DNA of 63,648 nucleotides, the filler included, from Bigelowiella natans CCMP2755 (Eukaryota; Protista; Cercozoa), in assembly GCA_000320545.1 (NCBI GenBank). It is 5 parts of 5 records of this genome, joined end to end, with 100 filler letters (N's around TTAATTAATTAA, not from the genome) between each part and the next. Parts side by side here need not be neighbours in the genome. Positions count along the whole stretch, not along the records: positions 19,300 to 42,722 come from ADNK01003428.1; 4 more parts are not named here. The stretch is one strand, 5' to 3'. Below the pieces are notes generated by a model. The model was not told where the DNA came from, made no database searches, and saw only the letters and a list, made by a program, of their open reading frames with translations. The position numbers were made by a program, and so were the translations under genes. Each line of letters starts with the position of its first letter. The first letter of the stretch is position 1. Below are positions 21,034-31,956 of the stretch, one piece after another.

Positions 21034-22788
21034 TCTCGCCTGGCTCCTACCATGCGTTTGCAAAGAAGTGCTATTTCTTCTATCTTATCAGGTGCTCGAG
21101 GGGCGAAGCAGCTCGATGTGGAAAGCACGCACAGGATGCGAGCAGCTCCCAGTTTACGTATTTGCTGCTCAATGGCTTCCACATTCGTGTAGAGCTGGTC
21201 TCCTACCAGGGGGACGAGGACGAGGAGGAGGAGGAGGAGGAGGAGGAGGAGGATTTCTTGCATGGAAAGTTGAAAGATTAATGTGCAATTGGGGTCAGAT
21301 ACTCGCTGTAGTGTGTACGAGAAAGGGAGAGCACAAGAATGGTGTCCAGGCAATAACTCCACGACATGTGACAACGAGAACACGCTAGCCCATATGTAAA
21401 CGGTAAGACCCCCCCCCCCCCCCACACACCTTCCTGCTTATTTTCAATAATAACGGGGGTGAAGCCTGCATTGACAATCGCTTTTAGGCAAGTCTTCTGG
21501 TCAATTCGCGGCCATATGATGTATTTGGGTTCTGGTGCCCTCGTTGTCATCATCTCCTGCTCAGCAGAGCTTGCTGCTGCTGCTGCTCCTTTTCCTCTCT
21601 CTTTACCTAGTCGTTGATCATCATCCCAAACAACACAATAATATCATCAGAAAGAAACACAACAGTAACCCCATCATATCGCTGCGCGGCGAGCGAATCT
21701 TATCAGTACCGTTTGCTGCGTCCAAAGGTTGCTTGACGTCCTCTGCCTTTCCTGCTGCTGCTTTTACGTTTCGCGGCGATTTTGCGCCCCCGGCTTCATC
21801 GTCGCCCTGTGCAGTTACAAGCGTGACGCAAAGAACAGATTTGAGGCCTTGGCAGATCATCGATTGCATATTTTTTTGGGATCGTTAGGTTTCTCGACTT
21901 TGAAGGGAAAATGAAGAATTAGGAGGAGGAAGACAGCAGCCATCACCGCCGCGCATGAGGGATTTATGAAGTGTCTGTTGGACCCTCTTCTATCTCGCAT
22001 GAACGTCATCATCAACAACACCTCCTCGTTGGAATCATCCATCATATAACCGGTACCACAGCCATATTTAGGATTATTATGATCATGATCATCATTGTCA
22101 TCGGTGCTATCACGCTTACATCGATTGGCCATCGCCTCTGCCTGTGCCTTAGTCTCAGGCAAGAAAAGGTGAGCAAGAGCGCCATTCCTAAGCATCATCA
22201 TCATTTAGAACTCTCAACCTCATCATCCGATCACGAGGGGGAGAAAGCAAAGCAAGAAAGCTGCGTCGTTTTCCGTGAAGCAAACATGGAAATCGGCTTG
22301 TCCGCCCACCCCCTCAATCTAGCTAGCAACTTGGGCAGAAGACTGGACGAACAGCCTACCCGCTTTCTAGGAATGCATCCCCCCCCCCCCCCCCCCCCCC
22401 CCAACACACAGGTCACGCAATGCGTAGAAGCTACCTGTGGCAGTCGGCAACAGCAAACACGCCTTCACACCCGGAACCCCGGAGATTTTGATGAGATGCA
22501 GCACCATTGCTGTGGTGAGGCGCATTAGAAGAGACGACCCCGCGGCTTTCGGCTGTATGGCCCCCACGTCACCAGACCGACCTATTCCGTGCGCCAATCC
22601 CATGTGGCGCGCTCTTACGAGGGCACTGAACACGCGGCCTTCTCGCTCACCCACCCCGACGTTGTCCGGAAAGTTGTTCGAATCCATCGAAGCAATCTGG
22701 CAGCCAGCCATAAATAGACAATAACAGGACCAAAGCCAACCGGGTCATCGAGAGAGGAGGTGTGAGTGGATCATCGGGGTAAATAAAT

Positions 22789-22821
<33 letters not shown>

Positions 22822-23131
22822 TACGAACTGTTGCTCTCTGCTTCCCTCCTCTGCTATTGTTGTTACCACCACCACCACCACCTCCTCCTCCTCCTCCGTC
22901 TCCTCAGCCTATTACTATTACTATATCCACCATCATTACTAGCATGGGCCTACAGATAACCTCATTGAGGAAGAGACCAATGGTGCGCTCATCCCATGGA
23001 TCCCGTGGAATCTTCCTGTTGGCCAAAAGTGACTTTATGAGCTTCTCCCTCGAGCGCCTGGAAGCTGCGCCTTGTCTGACGTATGCCTGATCTACCAGAT
23101 CCTCCGCCATGGAGAACAGAGAGGAATTCAT
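19610..23131 (-). CDS. SEPSECS: O-phosphoseryl-tRNA(Sec) selenium transferase, C-terminus lost in gap
   Basis: [118 protein letters not shown] (PLP lysine) and SKTYPGRAS are colinear with known SepSecS. Confidence 0.97.
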
Positions 23132-23599
23132 TTTGATCCGTATCGGTGGAAAATGCTCGTTGCGCTATTATTCTTCGTGGGTCGTCGCTGGCTGGGAGGC
23201 CACAAGACACGCCTTCCTTCAGTTTGGGAGGCAATGCTTTTCAAGTCGCTTTGAAGCCTTCAGTGCTTGATCCCAATGAAGTTAGACCCTCTCTGTGTTT
23301 CCCTTGGATAGCAGCTGACAGGAGGGTGTTGGCGGGGAATGCGTTGCCTGAAGGGGGGGGAGGGAAATATCGTCTCTCCTGGAAACTACGAGAGGCGTGC
23401 TGGGGAATTCGACCGAAAAAATCCACCAATTTGTTGTCGCAGGATAAATACCGCACTCTTTTTGCACTATAACTTCCTTTTTTGGGGCGTCGTGCTCTAA
23501 TACAGTCATTTATTCAGCGCGACATGATGAAAACGATTGTCGCTGTTCTAAATCACTTGACTTTTGACGTCGAACATACATCTGCCCAAGAGTGCACGA

Positions 23600-25452
23600 A
23601 TGCTCCCCCACGCCCTCCGAACGGAATGCACGCGAACCACCGCGGTGGCCACGCTGCTTCTCGACGTGCTGATAATCTCGAATGTCTGCTTGGGACAAAA
23701 AATGGTAGGAGGATTCATTTGTTGGTCCCTGACCGTTGACGTTTGGGGAAGCATACACGCAGCACATGCGGTTTTGTCTTCCCCATCCGCATCTTTGACA
23801 CGAATAGTTCCTGAGCCGCATGCTCTTCCCAGGATTGTTCCAATGTGACGGCGATGGACGTCATGAAATTTAGCCAATATTCGTGCGCTGCAATTTCGCA
23901 GAGCTGCTTCCAAACGATGCCGCAAACGTCGTTCAGAGGGTGAGGCAGAACACACAAAAGCGGAGTTTTTTAAGTCCGACCCAACTGACACAACCCTTCT
24001 TCCCCCCTTACCATAAGTTTCACGAGCCAATGCGTTGCAAGCTTCAACGGCAACGCGATCCAGGGCATTTTGAAGGATCAGGTGAAGCACATGCCTGGGG
24101 AGTCATTCAGGGGATGGAGCTCAAATATCGAGTAGTTGCATTATATTATTATATTTCTTTTTATTTATTTATATGCATGTGCATTTTATATGTGTCTACG
24201 GGCTTTTCAAAACTGTAGATACATGGGTCCGGCATGCTCAGGCTGGACATCCGAGCAAACAGGAAATCTGACCGACGAACACGCCTGTGAGGTGCGAGAT
24301 GTGGCCGCTGCGAGTTGCGTGTGGTGCCAAAGAAAGATATCAGCTCTTAAAAATTGCATGTGCTCTGACGGGGAGTGGATATGACCATTCTCCCTATGAG
24401 GGCAGCTCATGATGTTTTTTAAAACCTAGAATTATCGCATTACATGATGGAACTACCTTGTTCTTAGGCGCTGGGTATCGACTGTTTCTCGGCCATGCGT
24501 GCTGATGCATACGCCGGCTTTTCCTTTCAATGCGTAGCGAATTGGCGCGATAACGAGCTTGGAGGCGGCGTCACAGCGAAAGGTAGTCGTCCAAGGCATG
24601 TGAAGGGCTTGAACTTGTTTATTTTGGATGACATCGTAAGATATGTTACTGTTGTTTGTGCAGCATCGTTCAATTATCAACGACTACGAGCCGCCGCCGC
24701 TCGAGACGTTCTCACCTTAACCCTAATAATCCTGACCCTCTTTTGGCCAATCATCAGATATCTTCCGTATTCCAGTCGAAAGTATTGGCGGTTTAAATGA
24801 CCATGACGTGCTGGGATGGGGCAGAGAATGTGCAGGATTCCGTGCAGATCAGCTGCGAGAAATGTCCGGTTTGGCATGTGCTAGTCTCTCTCCTGACTGC
24901 TTAGAAAGCATTAGCCCGAGGGCATGCAAAGAAGGCTTCTCCCGGTCAAGACATTCTCCCTGCCAATCTCTCACAGCTAAGTGTGGCGCCGCTTCTACCG
25001 ACGGGCTCGCCGCTCTCGCCAGTACACGAAGGAGCACCCTTGTTATGACCGGAGGAGAGAAGGCTTGGAAAGAAAGCAAAACGAGTGACAGTCCCACAAG
25101 CCGTTCAGATGCAGAAACAGCCACTGGCCCCACATTGCCTGACAATCCGTATTACTACAACTACTACTACTCGTATCGGAAACAGTCTCGCGGTCCCAAT
25201 AATGGTTTGCTTGATAAAGAGGGAAAAAGGGGGAAACACACATCGGGCCTTACAGCCTTCAGCGTTGCTGGATTTGCCGCGGTCGCCTCAATGAGCCTAA
25301 TAGTCCTCGCATCATCCATCACCTCCATCTGGGAGAAAGTCAGGAAGTCGTATCTTTTGACAGAGTATGCTGAATTGGAGGTCGTCAGTGATAATGGGAA
25401 AATCGGCGATGTTATGATGCGAATGTATAAACGACGATGGGGTTGTGCGTGA
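23600..25452 (+). CDS. Cysteine-rich repeat type I membrane/secreted protein
   Basis: Hydrophobic N-terminus (TAVATLLLDVLIISNVCLG). Repeated C-x-(A/S/G)-(F/I/W)-x2-3-(C/Q) units across exons (CAAISQSCF, CSGWTSEQ, CAGFRADQ, CASLSPDCL). C-terminal TM segment GLTAFSVAGFAAVASMSLIVLASSI followed by a short tail. Confidence 0.6.
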
Positions 25453-26139
25453 AATTTATTGAGCTGCTACGTCTAAGTCTAGTAGTGTCTAAGGATGATC
25501 GTGTTATAGAAACAATCCTAGAATTTGCCAACCCTAGTACCCTAATTGCAACGCTCTGTACAACTACTAGACAACGTAATCATCAATACATGTGAGCGAA
25601 CCATCTACACCATTCTAGCATTTTCAGTACAATGTAAGGCTACATATGCGCTATTCACGCACAGGTAGACTGCTTTGCCAGATGAATCGTGAAAAATAGT
25701 GACAAATGTGTCTTGGCGCACATGAATGATTCTGCGAAAATAGCTATGCTAGTATGCTAGCTAGCTAGCTTGTCACTTGGCAAAGGCTGGGATTCTAGAG
25801 ATCATCCAGGAGACCTGCACTACACTGTTGGTTAGCCTCATGTACACATCAACAAGCGTGCAAATGGGCTGCATCCCTTCATCTCAATCACAGAATCGCT
25901 AGCTAGACAGGCACGTTGCAAGGAGCTGTCTAGCTGCTGCCCTCGCAAATTTACACTTGCAGTAGCGTCATGCATGACGCGTGCCTGAACTGATGATTTG
26001 ACTTCGGTAATGACCTAGCTATGCTTTCACATGCAGCTCAATCGTCAGATTTATATTGCATGAGCTCACAATTTACATGTTTAGCATCCATCTGTCGAAA
26101 TATAGGATTCTATTTTTCCTAAAATCAATTTCCTTCCCA

Positions 26140-28340
26140 TCATTTTTCTAATGGTTCTCCCGTAGTGGTAATTCCTGTTTGAGATGACAACTGCATCCCA
26201 CGATCTTTATCTTTGGCATTTAGATTATCGATATTTACCATGTCTGTTGCTTCGTTATCCTCTTTGCTAGTTAGACCCTTTTTGCATTCTGAACCACTCT
26301 CCCCCTTTGCTAATAACCTAGCTGGCCAATATCTGCACTTTTTACAAATCGCCCCTCTTAAGACTATCGCCAACGGAATCCCGATCTACATTTCAATTAT
26401 ATCATTTGAACAATAAAATTGTGGCGAAATGATCGAGGGATCCAATTAAGGGATGTAAGAGAACACTTGAGAAAGGGGCTGGAGTGGAGAAGAGACAGAA
26501 AGAAGATAAATATATTATGTCTATTAGTGGGAGAGAGAAGGGTGAAATTGGTGAAAACTCACACCAAAATAGCTTTTATAAGAAGACTAATGTGAAAGTG
26601 TGTGCAAAATACTGCTGCCACTCCTGAGGCAAATCCAACCATGGTCCCGAAGGTGTCCGCAAAGTCAGGTCGAAACTATAACATTTTAGACATGTCACAG
26701 TGCCGATAAATATTGCACTCTTTATGAAAGTCATACTTCTCTGATGAAAGTAGTGGTCTGCGATCCCGTGAGGCGTAAGTACGCAGGAAAACTAATTCAT
26801 AGAAGATTATATGCATCTAAATTCATTGAAAATTGTACGCACTTACAGTCCATTCAATCCAGGCCCACATGGACTAAAATTAGTCCCATTTCCGATATGT
26901 GTGTTGTAACTAGTAAATAATTAATGGAGATTTAGGAAGAAACTTACTGTATCTGAAATGAGATGCTTACCGTTCCAGGCCAATTTGATACACAAATGAC
27001 TCTGCGTATATAATTGTATGTTAGCACATAGTAATGGAAAAAGAAAATGAGAAATAAGATTCCACAATATTTTTCGAAGCGCTACCGGATCTATCTTCGA
27101 CCTCAAAATTAGATGCGATCTGTCCGATCTGTGCATCAATACCCTAACATATAATTTTGTCGTATTTATCATTAGGCATAGCTTATTTGATACGCTGTAT
27201 GTCATATTGTTACCGTATCCCTTGCTGGAGGATATACGTTTATCACTCTTCTACCAGCATATGTTCTTTGGTTGCTACTAGCACCATCCCCAAAACCTCG
27301 GATTAGAAATATCTGAAATTAAAGAAGAACAGTGAATAACTCTATTGCAATGGCTGCGAAGGATATAAACAAGAGTATCAATACCGCCCCTTCCGATGAA
27401 TTGAATGATAGCTGCCTACAATCACCAGGATTTCCACCACAAAGTTGCACCTGAAAAAGACATTTTTCAAGTGGGCCACATGGCTTATAAACCAGCACAT
27501 CCTATTCTTACCCGTGTCCAGGCTGGAGGGTCGACTGTAAACGATCTCATTGTATTTGGACAGCTATATTCATGAACCTTCGAAATATGATCACCCATTA
27601 TGCCAGAGGAATTAGAGAGTTTGCTTTGGAACAAAAGGTATCACCGTGTAAGGAATTTCGGTGTGGCCATCATCTCCGTTCGGATCAAAGTTGTCGGAAT
27701 TATTCCTTTGAAGGGCTAGAACCTGCGTTAGATAGCATATTTTAAAATCAGGGGAGCAAGACATTTAGTTATCATGATTCTTTGAACATAAGATTATGAC
27801 TTCAGGCAACCTCAATGTTGATCACCCCGTCCAACCCAGCGAACCCACTCCATACATTTTGAAATATAACCGTTGATGAACACACCGAATTTAGTTGCGA
27901 TGTTTAAAAACAAATGTACTGAAAGTTTTAATGCTCTACTCTGGGAGGTTGCGCCTCATGATATCGTCTTGTCCAATCACGCTGATCTCTGTGACCCTTC
28001 ATTTGTGAATATTCATGCATAAGCATCTATATCTGTCGTCTCAACTTTATCCTTCAAATTCACCTCGAATCTTCCCAGCTTTGAATTAGAATTGCAGAAT
28101 AAACAGCGAATATTGTAAGAAGGGCAAGTGCAAGAATCCAGTTCCATGGACTAATACAGTTATTTTATAGCCTGTGAAAAACTACAAAATGTTTCAGTGT
28201 CGTTGTACCTCTCTGTTCTTTCTTCGAACTTTGGTCTGCTGAATGGATCTGCTTCAAGATACCTTCGGAAGGGTATAGATCGACAATTTTATTTTTCCAG
28301 AATCCGTGTTGACTAACACAGGGAACATCGATCTATATCA
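26140..28340 (-). CDS. Two-TM membrane protein with large extracellular loop (DEG/ENaC/PAC-like topology)
   Basis: About 11 short exons with AT-rich GT-AG introns: TM1 PWNWILALALLTIFAVYSAILIQSW, Cys- and N-glyco-site-bearing loop exons (HEYSCPNT, QLCGGNPGDC, NGTNFSPCG), TM2 PDFADTFGTMVGFASGVAA, and cytosolic tail ORF 26140-26373. Confidence 0.55.
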
Positions 28341-28884
28341 TCCCAGCCTCGAAAGATATATAGACTTCCACACTTTTATTTGTGGCTGCTTGGAGGAATG
28401 CTTGGCATCGACTACATGACAACATTCCCTCAGCGTACTCAGCGTACCGCATATCAAAGCACACAAACATACGCACTCACAAACACACACACAAAGAGAG
28501 AGACAGAGAGAGACATCCTCACAAAATACTCACACACATGCTCACTCACACACACACAGAGAGAGACAAATCACCACGCTCTCATTGCGGAGCAAGCCGT
28601 CAGCAACAACTCGCCCAAGGCGTGACTTTGTGCTGCAAGTCGCGGCGAAGAAATCAAGGCCGATTTCCTGATTTTCCCGAGGAAATCAAAGCAGAAAGGC
28701 GGGTACCCCTTTGTGCTGCCCGTGTTGATTCCTATTGTTCTAAAAACTTGATTCCGCGAGAATGCGAGGAAACTGTGGGGAAATCCCCTCGGATTTAACC
28801 TACGCGACATGCACTCAGAGGGCGAATAATTCTTCGGGGGTTGCAATAGCACGCTGCCTCATAACCCACTCAGAGTTGTACTTC

Positions 28885-30757
28885 ATGGTGGACCCACTCC
28901 TCGTCCTCAATGTAGTCGTGAGCGTAGTAATCCTCACGTTCTATGTCGTAGCCTCTATTATCACGCAGACAAAGTTAGTGAACTTACACAACAAGGGTGT
29001 CGATGTTCAGGTACAGCTATCGATGTTCTTTGATCAATCTGATTAATCGGAATTTGTGCTTCAAGACTATTTATGCTTCAACTCGTATAACCAGACTCTT
29101 GGACATCCGCACGTTACTTCCACTCTTTTGGCTGCGACAATTCCTCTATCCGTGAGCGGTTTGATTGAGGTTTGGGCCAATATGGAGGCCATCTGCCCTC
29201 TTCTGATTTTGATTCGCCAAGCTTCAGCTGCTGCTTCCGTGGCTATTATCATTTATGCCACATTATTATTTACTCGTCGAATTACCCAAGTTCAATCAAG
29301 GTGTCTTTTACTCTTTTGATGAAACTCAGTACTGATAAGGTATCTGTGTGCAGTAAACAATTTATGGGACATGCTCTCCGCAATGATAGCCGGGCCAACA
29401 ACAACGCTGCAGCCAGTAGAGCACGTCAAATTGCTCGAAAATTAGCGGGATCAAGACCCCGAAACATTGCGTTAATTTGTTTTTGCTTTGGAATGTGCAT
29501 CATGTTTTTTGACCCCTTAAGTCGGAGAGGACTCACGACATTAGACGATGAAGAGTGCACGTCACGGGGAGCTACTATTACGGTGGTGGTCTGGTTCATT
29601 TTTATGCTTCCATACCTTTATTATCTTCATACGATTATTGTTGTTGACCCATATTTAATATACCGGAGACTAAGCATAGTCACATTTACAATCCTCAAGG
29701 CAGCAATTGCCTTTATGGTTCTCATCTCAATACCCACTACAATGAGTGAGTTGGAGTTATCCCTTACACTACAAAAGGTGTTTGGTGGATTTCAAATTGC
29801 TCTGTGGTATGCAGAATCTTATATTCCTCTATATCTCACACAAAAGAAGTTGAATGTAGCTAAAAATAGTGCTATAGAATCAAATCTCGTTGACACGCTA
29901 GTGGATTCTGACATTCTAGAAAAGTTCGAAAACTTTCTCATCCGCGAATGGTATTTAGTGTCAGTATTCTATTTCTATTGTATCTAAAATTAATATCTTG
30001 AATTATTTTCAGGTCTGCAGAATCCCTTGACTTTTTAATGGAAGTCATTCAACTTCGCATTGATATTCAATGTGCTCTTTCCAATGGAAAATCTGATTTG
30101 ACCTCAGATCTAAATGCGGCATCTAGCGCATCGTTACGGAATGATGCAAAGTTAAATGCACAGTTACTACAGAACACCCCGAAGCAAGCAAATCAAATCT
30201 TGCATCAAAGAGGACGATTGCTATTTGAACGATTCATTTGCGAAGGAAGCGAAAGTCAAATCAATCTATCGGCCAAGTCAAAAAATAAACTGGTCGCATA
30301 CTTCAAGAATGATTCCTCTGAAAAATCGAAAACTTCGTACGCGAATCCTAACTTTAATTCAGAAAGCAAGCTGGATACTGCTTCACATAGGAAACTTAGA
30401 AAGGAAGAAATAAAAGCTTTCTGTAGCAAAGTGTCTCTTGCTGCCCTCACCATTGAATTGGGGAACGCAACCAGTGTGTCATTTATTGGGAAAGATAGCA
30501 CCGAAGACGGAACTAGCAAGAATAAATCTTCCGACGAAAAACGCACTCATCCAGAGGAAAAGGCTAAATTAACAAGCCGAATACCTCACGATAGAGTGAA
30601 GGAGACAAGAATGATGGATGAGGAGTCTCGGGGTAACAGCTTGGAGGAACTGGCGAATGTTTTTGAAGATGCGAAGAAAGAAATATTTAAATTGCTCGAG
30701 CTTGATTCTCATTTAAGATTTCAAACAAAATGGTCCAAAACACTAGCAACAGCCTAG
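28885..30757 (+). CDS. Seven-TM regulator of G-protein signalling (7TM-RGS)
   Basis: Four exons. Seven hydrophobic segments precede an RGS box: LVDTLVDSDILEKFENFLIREW|SAESLDFLMEV, FERFICEGSESQINLS, VFEDAKKEIFKLLELDSHLRF. Confidence 0.85.
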
Positions 30758-31956
30758 ACAAGCACACTAATACACTTGCTATCTCGAATGATGGTTGTTG
30801 AGAATTCAAAGATTAGTCAAACGAAAGATTGGGCGCAAATGTACGATGTGATTTTAGAAGCGGATGACATAACAAATATAAGTATGCATATAATTGAAAA
30901 CTTCACAAGCACTTGCAGATTGATGACCACGTTGAACCAGCCCGGAAAACCGTGGATGAGGCATCACTACATGTGTGCGTTTGATAATTGTGCTCCCTAG
31001 AGACATGTGAAGTTCAAAACATAGATGATTCCAGCTCTGATCTGAAGTGTAGCTTGTGCCTTGTCTTTGAATTACTTGCCATGTAATCACAGTTTTCAAT
31101 ACTATTGAGTGGTCGCAACGCCTCGGATGACCATGCTAGCATGTGGAAACAATTTTGTTTCATGCATGATTGGTTTTTCGATGTGAGCGCAATTTCTGGA
31201 ATGGGTTGTTTGATGTTGATTGCATCTGAATGTGCACACATGCACATCTAGGCATGCTAGCATGTTGGATGATGCCAAAATGCATGTACGAACTAGCTCT
31301 AGAGCTAGGCAACGAAGCCAAAGAAATGAAATTCTAAGAAGATTCAGAAATAGCTAGCTAGCTAGATAGCTAGATGGAGATCTAAGTGATGTAGCGATGC
31401 ACAGCACAGCTAGCTAGCTAGACATGTCTAGCTCCAGAGCTAGCTAGCTAGCTAGACGCATGGAGACACTGTCTAGACTGTGGCTATCTCTAGATCTGTC
31501 TAGCAGATCGAGCGATCGGTCGTCATTGTTGCAGCGCACAAGCAGAATGTATGCACATTTCTAGATGTGTTCTAGATGTTTTTTCTGCGGTGCGAGGTCT
31601 AGAGGCTGCTAATCTAGCTAGCTAGTAGTACAGATCTAGAGATCGCTCTGGGACATCTAGATGTCAGCAACTAGCTAGATAGCCTGATGTCTACATGTGC
31701 CGCTAGGCCGGCTAGGTGGCGTATCGAGGTATCGCCCAAAATGAATAACATTTGCAAGTCTAGACGTGCTAGCGTGTAAAGATAAGTAATAGGCATGCAT
31801 ACTACTTCCGTGTTATTCTCACAATTACGTTATAAAATAATAGAAACTGATTTTCAAATTATCATTGCATCCGCAGGCTCCTGCAAAATTGCAGAGGCAC
31901 AACGAGCGCCTCATTGACGTAACCAAAGAGGCTAATACAGTATCATCAAAATAAAA

